Positions 1-9,010 of a stretch of 64,000 bases of DNA are shown here, one piece after another. The stretch's first letter is position 1. Each line of letters opens with the position of its first letter. The notes beneath the pieces were generated by a model. The model was not told the origin of the DNA and did no database searches. It saw only the letters and a program-made list of their open reading frames with translations. This stretch comes from an uncultured Nitrospinaceae bacterium (lineage in GTDB: Bacteria > UBA8248). Location: the NCBI GenBank assembly GCA_964005815.1, contig CAXFSR010000037.1:1-64000 (forward strand), read 5' to 3'. The position numbers were made by a program, and so were the translations under genes.

Positions 1-745
1 AGGCGATCCTTGATGCACGTGCTCTAGTTTCAGTAGATAACCCCTGTGGAGCTAACATTTCTATTCCATACTCATTAGATAGATGGCCAAAAGCTTCATG
101 ACTAGTAATGACTACTCTATCTTTTTTAGGAATAGAATTTACACTACGACGTATGAATTTATCCAAATTGTCCAAATCTGACATATATTTTTTTAAATTT
201 TTCATATAATACGTTTTCGATGAAGGATCCATTCTAGACATTGCTTCTGCAACATTTGTGACATAAATCTTCATATTAGGCACACTTAACCAAACATGCG
301 GATCCCATTCGCCATGCCCATGTCCATGATGGTCATCATGATCCTTCTTGTGTCCATGATCGTCTTTCTTATGATCATCATGATCATCTTCAAATTTCAA
401 TTTTGGAATATTATCTGTTGCAACAATTGTTTTCCCTTTATATCCCGAAGCCTTCACTAATCTTTCCATCCAACCTTCAAGACCTAAGCCATTCATTATT
501 ACAAGATCCGCTGAGGAAACTATCTTCGCTTGACGCGGAGTTGGTTGAAACATATGCAAATCCATATTCCTTCTCACAAGCGATGTCACATGTACTCTTT
601 TTCCACCAATCACAGAAACAATATCTTCTAAAATAGAAAAAGATACTACTACTTTTTTCCGATTTTCTTTGGCCGAAACATCGGATAAATTGAAAGAAAC
701 AATACAAAAAAATAAAGCAATAAAAGTAAAAAATCTCAAAATCAA
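1..745 (-). CDS. znuA: Zn/Mn ABC transporter substrate-binding protein (ZnuA/AztC cluster A-I), 3' end beyond window
   Basis: Not in the ORF track; translated by hand from TTG at 745 (GGAG at 758-755): signal peptide, VVVSFSILEDIV, DLHMFQPTP, NGLGLEGW, His/Asp-rich loop EDDHDDHKKDDHGHKKDHDDHHGHGHGE, WDPHVW, TSHEAFG. The frame stays open to position 1. Confidence 0.9.
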   Translation of the reverse strand, partial: MILRFFTFIALFFCIVSFNLSDVSAKENRKKVVVSFSILEDIVSVIGGKRVHVTSLVRRNMDLHMFQPTPRQAKIVSSADLVIMNGLGLEGWMERLVKASGYKGKTIVATDNIPKLKFEDDHDDHKKDDHGHKKDHDDHHGHGHGEWDPHVWLSVPNMKIYVTNVAEAMSRMDPSSKTYYMKNLKKYMSDLDNLDKFIRRSVNSIPKKDRVVITSHEAFGHLSNEYGIEMLAPQGLSTETRARASRIA

Positions 746-780
746 ATCAACAATCTCCTATAAATAGAAAAAGAAAAGAG

Positions 781-797
781 ATGTTATATTATAACAT
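781..797. promoter_or_regulatory. Zur box (zinc uptake regulator operator)
   Basis: Palindrome ATGTTATA-T-TATAACAT matches the proteobacterial Zur consensus core (AATGTTATANTATAACATT) and lies 36 nt upstream of the znuA-like start. Confidence 0.85.
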
Positions 798-811
798 ACT
801 GTTCTTGTCAA
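783..811 (-). promoter_or_regulatory. sigma70-type promoter of znuA
   Basis: Minus strand TTGACA (811-806) - 17 nt - TATAAC (788-783); the -10 lies inside the Zur box. Confidence 0.75.
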
Positions 812-825
812 TTTTTTTTAAAGAA

Positions 826-1599
826 TTAAGATGTTAATCCAGAAACACTTCTCACGAAAAGGACTGCAGCAATACCAATTAAAACTATCTTCACAATAAA
901 CTCGAATCGGTTCTGATTAATATATTTACGTAATCTTAATCCAATCCAATATCCTAGAAAAACTGGGATAAGGACTAAAATTGCATAGGAAAAAATAGTT
1001 TCTGTATAAATCCCTTGGGAAAGGAAACTGGCAACCAGTAACCCTGATGTCAAAGCATTAAAAGAATTAATAAGAAAAATAAATGTGTCTTTTTTCCAAT
1101 CGAACATCGAAAAATAAATTAGCGTTGTGGGGCCGGGGATTCCTATCATTCCTCCTAACAAACCACCTAAGAATCCAAAAATAGAACCCAAACTCCATTT
1201 TTTTGTGAACTCTGATTTGATTTTAGGTGTAGGAAAAAGACCTCTTATGAAAACAAAGATTGCAATTGCAAGAGCTAAAATTAATCTTACAACGTTCGGA
1301 TCCATCCATTTCAAAATCCAAACACCAATTGGAACACTGCAAAATCCAATTACTAGAAACGGAACTATATGTTTAAGATTTTTCCATTCCTTTAATCCTA
1401 CTTTAACATTCATAAGATTTGTCGAAAAAAGTGAAATCGACATAAGTGCAATCGCATGTACTGGATAAATAAACAAGGAAAGAAAAGGAATAGTAGCAAC
1501 AGGTAGAGCAAAACCAATGGAACCTTTAATAATTCCAGCTATAAAGAAAAGTGGTGAAAAAACAGCAATCATATAAAAAGACATGAAAAACGAATGCAT
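826..1599 (-). CDS. TauE/SafE (TSUP) family membrane exporter
   Basis: 257 aa, about 8 hydrophobic segments, with AGIIKGSIGF and GGLLGGMIGIPGP motifs typical of TauE. Confidence 0.85.
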   Translation of the reverse strand: MHSFFMSFYMIAVFSPLFFIAGIIKGSIGFALPVATIPFLSLFIYPVHAIALMSISLFSTNLMNVKVGLKEWKNLKHIVPFLVIGFCSVPIGVWILKWMDPNVVRLILALAIAIFVFIRGLFPTPKIKSEFTKKWSLGSIFGFLGGLLGGMIGIPGPTTLIYFSMFDWKKDTFIFLINSFNALTSGLLVASFLSQGIYTETIFSYAILVLIPVFLGYWIGLRLRKYINQNRFEFIVKIVLIGIAAVLFVRSVSGLTS

Positions 1600-1638
1600 C
1601 CTTTTTGCTAAAAAAATTACAATTTGAAAATTCTCAGT

Positions 1639-2493
1639 TTAATCGAATGGATCTCTTCTAACTCTAGATTCACCTAGAAGACAAGCCCGAAGCAGATGTA
1701 TCATCACACTAGTTTCAGGGATTATTTGTATAAAGTAATCCAATTTTTTATCAAGTACTAAAATTTCATCTTTGCTAAGTTTCTCTATTTCAAGAACAAA
1801 TTCATAAGGAAATTCTTGTGCTGCAGCTGCAGCTGCGCCTTTTGAAAGATCAATTGTTATTTTAAATCCTTCTTGAGATTTTTGATTCGAAATAAAAGTA
1901 GAAATGAGTTTCAAAAGTTCTGGAAAATTTGAAAGCGCTCTCCATACATCTGGAATAGCTTTATCATTTCTTTCGGATAATATTGCATTTAAAAAATCAA
2001 CTGAAAGATTTTCAGGATCTATTAAAACTGGAAACGGCATCTCAACAGGAGCCCCTAGAGGAATAATCTCTAAGTCATCTTTTGAACCAGGAGTAGTTCC
2101 TCCTATACCTATGCCATTTAACGAAGCCTTTAAGGCTATAGCAAAAATTAAATCTTTTGGACCCAAATAATTATACATGTCCAAAATACGCGAAATAGAA
2201 AGAATTTTCTCGTCATCATACTCTTCATCTAACAATTCTTCTTCAAAATCTGGAACATCTTCAGGCATTGGTGGAATCATTCTCATACGAACATTTTGAG
2301 CACATCTTTCAAAATATTGAGAAATTAAATTATTACGAACTTTTTCCCAAAACTGAACAAAAATATTTTCATGAACTGCGAGAGATCTATACAAAAGACC
2401 AACTTGTGTTGAACGCGTAACACTTTGAATATCGGAAAAAATTTCCCTAATCTTTCCTTCTGCTTTTTCCTCAGAAATTTCCAATATTTCCAA
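1639..2493 (-). CDS. DehI-family (haloacid dehalogenase-like) protein, divergent
   Basis: EISEEKAEGKIREIFSDIQ...LYRSLA...W N-terminus, YNYLGPK, and a second repeat WRALSNFPELL; two-repeat helical architecture of DehI. AAGGAG precedes the TTG start. Confidence 0.6.
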   Translation of the reverse strand: MEILEISEEKAEGKIREIFSDIQSVTRSTQVGLLYRSLAVHENIFVQFWEKVRNNLISQYFERCAQNVRMRMIPPMPEDVPDFEEELLDEEYDDEKILSISRILDMYNYLGPKDLIFAIALKASLNGIGIGGTTPGSKDDLEIIPLGAPVEMPFPVLIDPENLSVDFLNAILSERNDKAIPDVWRALSNFPELLKLISTFISNQKSQEGFKITIDLSKGAAAAAAQEFPYEFVLEIEKLSKDEILVLDKKLDYFIQIIPETSVMIHLLRACLLGESRVRRDPFD

Positions 2494-2522
2494 ATTATGA
2501 CTCCTTATTAAAAAACTATACT

Positions 2523-3194
2523 TTATTCTTTTGGAGCGGATGAATCAGGAACAGGAAATTCTGTAGGCCAATTTTCCAACATCGTTTCCAAAAAAGCTTT
2601 CACTTTATCTGGACTCAAATAAACGGATTTTTTTATCTTGTCTACTTCAGATTGATCTTCTACCTGTATGCCAAGAGAGTCCATAAATCGATTCCATAAA
2701 TTAAAAGTTCCACACATAAGTGTAAGTTCAACAATTTCATTATCTGAAAAGCTCTTTTTGACAACTTCAAAAACATCATCTCTGGAACGAGCAGTATTTT
2801 TTGTTACGTGTTCTGCCCATAAAACTGCAGCTTTTTCCCTATCTGATAAAATCGAAGAATCCATGTAGTCGTCACTAACGATAGATGAAACCTGTTCGTC
2901 TGTAATTCCTGCCGCTTGTCCAAGCGCCGTATTATGTGCTAGTCAATAATCACATCCATTAACTTGACTAGTTTTAATGATTACTATTTCCTTGATTTTT
3001 GACGAAAGATAACTCCCGGCACCTTCTCTTTGCATAACTGCACTAAACAGAAGAAAAAACTTTGAAACCATAGGTATATTGCCTAAAACCCTGACAGAAT
3101 GGGGAACTCTTCCAATCATTGCCGTACTTGCATCATATAAATCCTTAGTTGCTCCTTTTGCATCATCCAACTCAACCATTTTAATTTTAGACAT
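2523..3194 (-). CDS. AhpD/carboxymuconolactone decarboxylase family selenoprotein (CxxU), 223 aa via UGA read-through at 2945-2943
   Basis: ORFs 2943..3194 and 2523..2864 share a frame. Reading through TGA gives KEIVIIKTSQVNGCDY-U-LAHNTALGQAAGITDEQV...LSDREKAAVLWAEHVT...EIVELT, a continuous AhpD/CMD domain. tRNA-Sec is present in the window. Confidence 0.9.
2911..2942 (-). promoter_or_regulatory. Candidate bacterial SECIS hairpin
   Basis: mRNA after UGA reads CUAGCACAUAAUACGG-CGCUU-GGAC-AAGCG-GC; 5-bp stem with a G-initiated tetraloop 21 nt after the UGA. Confidence 0.6.
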
Positions 3195-3239
3195 TTAAAC
3201 AATCCTCCTTATAAAACCAAAAAAAGATATATTATAATT

Positions 3240-3842
3240 TTATGTTTTTTTCGCAAAAACATTTAAATACCAATTTCTAAATTTTCTAAATGCTATTGAT
3301 CTATGACTAATATTATTTTTTTCAGTTTGCGACAAATTTGCAACGGTACATTTTAAGTTTGGAAGATAGAAAATTGGATCATAACCGAATCCATGTCTTC
3401 CTTTAGAACCTTCAGTAATGGTCCCTTTCAGATAACCGTCAAAAGAGTAATACTTTCCATCCAAATTATAAAAAACAACTAGACTTACATATCTTGCAGT
3501 GCGCTTCTCAATCGGGACGCCTTCTAACTTTTTTAAAAGCAGTGTGTTTTTCTCTTCATCTGAAAGTCCTAATCCTCCAAATCTTGCGGAAAAAACTCCT
3601 AGTTGATCAGGAATTGCATCCACTTCTAAACCAGAGTCATCTGCAAGAACTGGCAGTCCAGTTAACTGACTTGCATTTCTTGCCTTTAGCAAAGCATTTT
3701 CCAGATAATTGGCACCTGTCTCCTCAACTACAATCTGTCTTCCTATCTCATCAAGCGTTAAAATATCAATTGTCATAGAAGACAAAAGTTTCTTTACTTC
3801 AAGGATTTTATGTTGATTGTTACTAAAAAAAAGAATTTTCAT
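3240..3842 (-). CDS. rdgB: Non-canonical purine NTP pyrophosphatase (HAM1/RdgB)
   Basis: SNNQHK, ENALLKA, ADDSGL, GFGYDPIF and KNNISHR motifs; ATGA overlap with rph. Confidence 0.95.
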   Translation of the reverse strand: MKILFFSNNQHKILEVKKLLSSMTIDILTLDEIGRQIVVEETGANYLENALLKARNASQLTGLPVLADDSGLEVDAIPDQLGVFSARFGGLGLSDEEKNTLLLKKLEGVPIEKRTARYVSLVVFYNLDGKYYSFDGYLKGTITEGSKGRHGFGYDPIFYLPNLKCTVANLSQTEKNNISHRSIAFRKFRNWYLNVFAKKT

Positions 3843-4585
3843 TTTTTTGGAAAATACACAGATTGCATGTCGATAAGTTCACCAATCCCTTTTTGAGCAA
3901 GAGATATCAAACGGGACATATCACTTTTCCGGAAAGGTGACCCCTCTGCAGTCCCCTGAAGTTCAACAAAATGACTTTTCTCAGTCATTACTATATTCAT
4001 GTCAACATCTGCCCTGACATCTTCACTATAATCGAGATCAAGAATACATTTTCCATCTACGATACCAACACTAATCGCGGCAACTAACCCCTTTAGAGGA
4101 TTATCAGTAATCTTCTTTTCTTTTAAAAGTTTATCAACAGCTCTACAAAGAGCTATGTATCCTCCAGTAATAGATGCACATCTTGTTCCACCATCTGCTT
4201 GGATCACATCACAATCAACATAGACAGTAAATCCATCTAGTGGCTTCAAATCAACGACAGCCCTTAAAGAACGTCCAATTAATCTTTGTATTTCGACAGA
4301 ACGTCCTGCTCGAGCTCTATCACGAGAAATGCGATCCGAACCACTTCCGGGCAACATTGCGTACTCTGATGTTAGCCATCCTTCTCCTGAATTCCTCTTA
4401 TGTCTAGGAACTCTTTCTTCTACAGAAGCAGTACATAGAACTCTTGTATTTCCAATCTGGAAAAGTGCACTACCAGCACAAGTTTTCACATAATCAACTT
4501 CTAAGTTAACTTTTCTCATTTCATCCGTTTTTCTTTTATTCTCACGAAAGAAATTATTTGTTTCCTTTTTTTTCATAAAAATCAT
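3839..4585 (-). CDS. rph: Ribonuclease PH
   Basis: GWLTSEYAMLP, EIQRLIGRSLRAVVD, QADGGTRCASITG and ELQGTAEG motifs. Confidence 0.97.
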   Translation of the reverse strand: MIFMKKKETNNFFRENKRKTDEMRKVNLEVDYVKTCAGSALFQIGNTRVLCTASVEERVPRHKRNSGEGWLTSEYAMLPGSGSDRISRDRARAGRSVEIQRLIGRSLRAVVDLKPLDGFTVYVDCDVIQADGGTRCASITGGYIALCRAVDKLLKEKKITDNPLKGLVAAISVGIVDGKCILDLDYSEDVRADVDMNIVMTEKSHFVELQGTAEGSPFRKSDMSRLISLAQKGIGELIDMQSVYFPKK

Positions 4586-4653
4586 CCGCTCTAAAATGGG
4601 AAATATATCTCAGAAATAAATGCAAACTTAATATAAACAGTAAAAGTAATTAT

Positions 4654-5646
4654 CTATCCGCCAATTGCACTCATTGTTCTGTCAGGTTGTACAAATTCTT
4701 TTTGTCCTATTAAATGACCAGGTGTTTTAGTAAACAAAACCTCACCTAACCATTTTTTAATAACCTCATCACCCTTATTTCCTCGAAGCAGTTTCTTTAA
4801 ATCGTGCTCATCATTTGAAAATAAGCAAGTTCGTATCATTCCTTCTGCTGTTAATCTCATCCTATTACAATCTTCACAGAAAGGTCTCGTAACTGATGGA
4901 ATAACACCTATCTCGCCCTTACCATCTTCGTAACGATATCTTGTCGCTGGATCAGAGATATTTCCAGAAACTAGTTCAAGTGCACAATTTTTCGAAAGAC
5001 CAGCAAGAATTTCTTCAGCAGAAAGTACTTTGTCTTTATCCCAAGTCTTATCAGCATCTAGAGGCATATACTCAATAAATCGAACTATATGACCTGTTTC
5101 TCTCGCCCAATCCGCAAAACGAGGAATTTCTTCTTCAGTCAAACCTTTAATTGCTACTGCATTAATCTTAATAGGATTGAAACCCACATCGGATGCAGAT
5201 TTGATACCTTCCAAAACTTGTTTCAACTGATTTCTTCTTGTCATGAAAAGGAATTTCTCTTCATCAAGTGTATCAAGACTTATATTAATTCTTCTTAATC
5301 CAGCTTTATATAAATCTTCCGCTACAGTAGGAAGAAGGATTCCATTCGTTGTCAGGGCAAGATCCATTTCGGGTTGGATATCTAACATTCCTGAAATAAG
5401 TAAAGAGAGATCTTTTCTGAGTAGGGGCTCACCTCCCGTAATGTGAAAGCTGTCAAAACCTAGCTCTGTAGTTATTCTTACAACTCTCAAGATCTCTTCA
5501 TAAGACAAAACCTCATCATGAGGTAACCATTCCATGCCTTCCTCTGGCATACAATAGAAGCATCGGAAATTACACCTGTCTGTAACTGAAATTCTCAGAT
5601 CGTTATGCCCTCGTCCATATTTGTCATAAAGTTGAATCTGTGGCAT
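4654..5646 (-). CDS. moaA: GTP 3',8-cyclase MoaA
   Basis: LRISVTDRCNFRCFYCMP, FCEDCNRMRLT..G...C, and C-terminal MSAIGG. Confidence 0.97.
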   Translation of the reverse strand: MPQIQLYDKYGRGHNDLRISVTDRCNFRCFYCMPEEGMEWLPHDEVLSYEEILRVVRITTELGFDSFHITGGEPLLRKDLSLLISGMLDIQPEMDLALTTNGILLPTVAEDLYKAGLRRINISLDTLDEEKFLFMTRRNQLKQVLEGIKSASDVGFNPIKINAVAIKGLTEEEIPRFADWARETGHIVRFIEYMPLDADKTWDKDKVLSAEEILAGLSKNCALELVSGNISDPATRYRYEDGKGEIGVIPSVTRPFCEDCNRMRLTAEGMIRTCLFSNDEHDLKKLLRGNKGDEVIKKWLGEVLFTKTPGHLIGQKEFVQPDRTMSAIGG

Positions 5647-5665
5647 TTAATTACATTCCCTTTTT

Positions 5666-7633
5666 TTAAAATTCCTCAATGACCGTACCAGACAATCCAG
5701 TTTTATATCCACCTAAAGAAGAAACATTTTCAAGAAAGTCATTATCCTTTAAAACAGAAATCAAATTCCCACCCAAATTTGAATTTGCAAATTCGACAGG
5801 AAAAACAAAATCAAATCTTTCTTTATGCAATGGAATAAAATCAAGTCCTAAAAGATTAGAAGCCGAACGAATACCTAAACCAGCGTCAGCTCGTCCGGAT
5901 GAAATAGCCATTGCTACACCAATATGAGTAGTCTCAATTTGATCATAGCCCAGAAAATCTGAATGATGTAATCCTTCTTTTTCTATAAAATGATCAAACA
6001 AAACTCTTGTACCTGCACCAGACTGTCGATTCACAATAGATAGGTCTTTTGAAACAAGATCTGAAAAGTTTTTTATGTTTTTAGGGTTACCAGGCCTCAC
6101 GAAAATACCTTGCTCTCTTTCAACAAAGTTTACAACAACTACTTCAATATTCGGCATATATCTTTTAATATAAGACCAATTATATTCTCCACTAACAGGA
6201 TCTAAAAGATGGGTTCCCGCAAAATGTGCTTCTTCATTCTTTAAAGCAATCAGCCCGGCCATTGAACCTACAGATGAAACTGATAATTGATATCCGAACT
6301 TACGTTGAAGAGCAACAATCAACAAATCTAAAGCATTATCGTGACTTCCTACCATAAGAATATTCTTTTCAATTTTCTCTATTGGTCTAAGAAGTTCAAC
6401 GTCTAATTCTTGATTCGCCTCTAAACCCTCTGAATTACGTGGAATTCTTACTATACCATCTGCTTCAACGAGACTACTAATAACGCTTGCACCTCGCTTT
6501 GCAGGTATTGCAAGCATTTTGTCTCTTACTATTCCCATTTTCACTCTCAGAAATTCTTCCATCCCAAGCCTTGAAGCAGTTTTGCGACCTAACATAGCTT
6601 TTACTTTTTGGTTACTTGGAACATTTATTCCAAGTAAATGCGCAAGAGTAGGCTTCACAAATTCTGACAAAGCTAACACTGCAGAAACAGGATACCCCGG
6701 GATTCCAAAAACAGGCTTTTCAACATTTTTACTATTTTTACATAAACCCATAATCGTTGGTTTCCCTGGGAAAATTGCAACTCCATGGACTAATAATTTT
6801 CCAAGTTTCTCTATAATTGAAGAAGTATAATCCTCTCTACCAGCAGAAGAACCCGCGTTTATTAAGACAACGTCAAATTTTTCAACTGCGTCACTGACAA
6901 TTTTTTCAATCTCTTCAAAATTATCTTTTGCTATAGGAAAAACTTTTGAAACTGCACCCCAATCTTTCAGTAAATTAGACATAACAACTGAATTAAATTC
7001 GATTAGATCTCCATCCTGTAGTTCTTTCCCAGGAGGAACAAGTTCATCTCCTGTTGGAATAATTGCTACTTCAAGACGTTTTCGAACTTCGATATCTAGT
7101 ATTCCCGATGCGAGCAAGGCTCCTAGGTCGACTGCAGACAATACATGCCCAGCTGGAAAAATTAATTGGCCTTCGACAATATCTTCTCCTGCAACACGAA
7201 CATTTTGCCAAGGAGAAATTGAAGATTCGAGTTGAATTTCATTTTCTGTTATTTGATTCACGTTCTCAATCATTACTACTGCGTCCGTACCTATTGGCAA
7301 AGGATCTCCGGTATCTAATGGAAAAATATCGGCATCAATTTTGAATGACTTTGGATTAATTGGGTTAGCACCAAAAGTTTTTTTAGCTTCTATACCATAC
7401 CCATCCATCGCTGCAGCATGAAAATGTGGACTAGATATAAGAGCATTTACTTGAATATGAGTAATTCTGCCCAAGGCATCTTGAACGGGAATATTTTCGA
7501 AAGTAAATTCGTGAACCTTTCCTATCTCTTGAAGAAGTCTCTCTAAAGCTTTTTCCCTTGGCACATTTTCAAGGTAGTACTTCCTTCCGTTAAGAGGTAA
7601 GAGTGAATCTGTCAACTTTGTCCTCCAATTCAT
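5666..7633 (-). CDS. moeA: MoeA fused to C-terminal PBP-fold binding domain
   Basis: AAMDGYG, TGDEL and PGKP MoeA motifs, then GSHD...NRQSGAGTR PBP domain. Likely true start is TTG at 7615 after GGAGG. Confidence 0.92.
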   Translation of the reverse strand: MNWRTKLTDSLLPLNGRKYYLENVPREKALERLLQEIGKVHEFTFENIPVQDALGRITHIQVNALISSPHFHAAAMDGYGIEAKKTFGANPINPKSFKIDADIFPLDTGDPLPIGTDAVVMIENVNQITENEIQLESSISPWQNVRVAGEDIVEGQLIFPAGHVLSAVDLGALLASGILDIEVRKRLEVAIIPTGDELVPPGKELQDGDLIEFNSVVMSNLLKDWGAVSKVFPIAKDNFEEIEKIVSDAVEKFDVVLINAGSSAGREDYTSSIIEKLGKLLVHGVAIFPGKPTIMGLCKNSKNVEKPVFGIPGYPVSAVLALSEFVKPTLAHLLGINVPSNQKVKAMLGRKTASRLGMEEFLRVKMGIVRDKMLAIPAKRGASVISSLVEADGIVRIPRNSEGLEANQELDVELLRPIEKIEKNILMVGSHDNALDLLIVALQRKFGYQLSVSSVGSMAGLIALKNEEAHFAGTHLLDPVSGEYNWSYIKRYMPNIEVVVVNFVEREQGIFVRPGNPKNIKNFSDLVSKDLSIVNRQSGAGTRVLFDHFIEKEGLHHSDFLGYDQIETTHIGVAMAISSGRADAGLGIRSASNLLGLDFIPLHKERFDFVFPVEFANSNLGGNLISVLKDNDFLENVSSLGGYKTGLSGTVIEEF

Positions 7634-7645
7634 AAAAAAACTTTT

Positions 7646-8887
7646 TCAGTACAGTAAAACTTCGACTTCTGTTTCTGCAACTAATCCATCAAAATCCGTG
7701 GGAATAATCAAGTATCCATCAGCTTTCGTCATGGTTGAAATCATTGCAGAATTACCCATCAATGGAGAAGCAATCAACTTGTTTCCTTCGATTTTCAAAC
7801 TTACACGAATCATATCTTCCCTTCCTGGAGCAGAAGGTAAATTTCTAGATAAACTAGCCAATACTTTCCCTCTTTGCGAAACAAAAATATCTTTTTCCCC
7901 TCTTAACCTTCTTATTGTAGGAACTACAAATTTATGGAAAATCATCATCGCGGAAACAGGATGTCCAGGAATTCCTATTAAAATTTTGTTTCCACCCTCA
8001 AAATCAAGACGTCCAAGAATAGTTGGTTTTCCTGGCTTAATAGAAATCCCATGGATTAAAACACCAGGTTCTCCTAATGAATTGATAGCAGATACCGTAA
8101 AATCTCTCATGCCCATGGAACTTCCTCCAGAAACAAGAACAATATCTGCATCTTGAATAACTTTTTCCAACCTAGATTTTATAACTTCTAGGTCATCTGG
8201 AAGTATATCTTCCACCATAGGTATGCAATCCATTTCAGAAACTGCTGCGGCAAGTGAAAATCTATTGATATCACGTATTTGTCCTAGCTTTGTTTTTTGT
8301 CCTGGACCAACCAGTTCATCTCCTGTAGGTAAAATAGCAACTTTCGGTCGCGTACTTACTTGAACCCTCGTTATTCCGACTCCAAACAACGCTCCAATAT
8401 CATGACTTTTAAGTGGGATTCCTGAAGCTAAAAAATTTTCTCCTTTTTTTAGATCATCTCCTACATTTAAAATGTTTTCGCCAACAGAGGTAGATTTTAA
8501 GACCTCAAGAGTTTTATCATCCATTAGATTCGTGTACTCCTGCATTATAACGCAATCCGAACCCTCTGGGAGCATTCCGCCAGTACTGATTCTTGCTGCC
8601 TGACCTATTTCCAATTTAAAATTTGGTGCTTCACCCATTAAAATATGACCAACTAGTTCTAAATACGTTGGAATAGAATCATTCGCACCAAAAGTATCTT
8701 TTGCTTTTAAGGCATACCCATCCATTGTCGACCTTGCAAAATCCGGCAAATCTACAGGGCTATATACATCTTCTGCTAATATACGAGATATTGCTGAATC
8801 CGTATCAAGAATTTCAGATTTTAGAGGTGAAAATTCGGATATAGTCTGCAACACTCTTTCAGAAGAGACAACTTCAAAAAAATCCAA
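7646..8887 (-). CDS. moeA: Molybdopterin molybdotransferase MoeA (gephyrin-like)
   Basis: STMDGYA, ISTGGMLPEG, TGDEL, SGGSSMG and KPGKP motifs. Confidence 0.95.
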   Translation of the reverse strand: MDFFEVVSSERVLQTISEFSPLKSEILDTDSAISRILAEDVYSPVDLPDFARSTMDGYALKAKDTFGANDSIPTYLELVGHILMGEAPNFKLEIGQAARISTGGMLPEGSDCVIMQEYTNLMDDKTLEVLKSTSVGENILNVGDDLKKGENFLASGIPLKSHDIGALFGVGITRVQVSTRPKVAILPTGDELVGPGQKTKLGQIRDINRFSLAAAVSEMDCIPMVEDILPDDLEVIKSRLEKVIQDADIVLVSGGSSMGMRDFTVSAINSLGEPGVLIHGISIKPGKPTILGRLDFEGGNKILIGIPGHPVSAMMIFHKFVVPTIRRLRGEKDIFVSQRGKVLASLSRNLPSAPGREDMIRVSLKIEGNKLIASPLMGNSAMISTMTKADGYLIIPTDFDGLVAETEVEVLLY

Positions 8888-9010
8888 TCTTAATCCCTTA
8901 TTTAACGAAAAAAGAAATTCCCGAAAGAAGTAAAAATTTAAAAGTTTAAAAATGGTTACTTAAGAAAACCAAAAGATTGATTCACGAAAAATCTATGGAA
9001 AATGTTCACA

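Noticed and set aside
305..393. Short repeats (catgat/gatcat) as a tandem repeat or CRISPR
   Set aside because: They encode the His/Asp-rich loop of ZnuA; there is no repeat-spacer periodicity.
403..707. Track ORFs 403..636 (+) and 477..707 (-)
   Set aside because: Shadow and alternate frames of the real znuA-like gene (start 745, running off the window).
2943..2945. UGA reassigned genome-wide (code 4 or 25) as the explanation for the in-frame TGA
   Set aside because: TGA ends several full-length genes here (rph, moeA at 7646, hldE-like, ACADs), Trp is encoded by TGG, and the UCA tRNA has the tRNA-Sec 8/5 structure.
7633..7648. moeA TGA stop in frame with the downstream moeA-PBP gene (possible read-through fusion)
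   Set aside because: Both proteins are full length, there is no Cys-motif context or hairpin, and the downstream gene has its own GGAGG RBS; in-frame spacing is expected one time in three.
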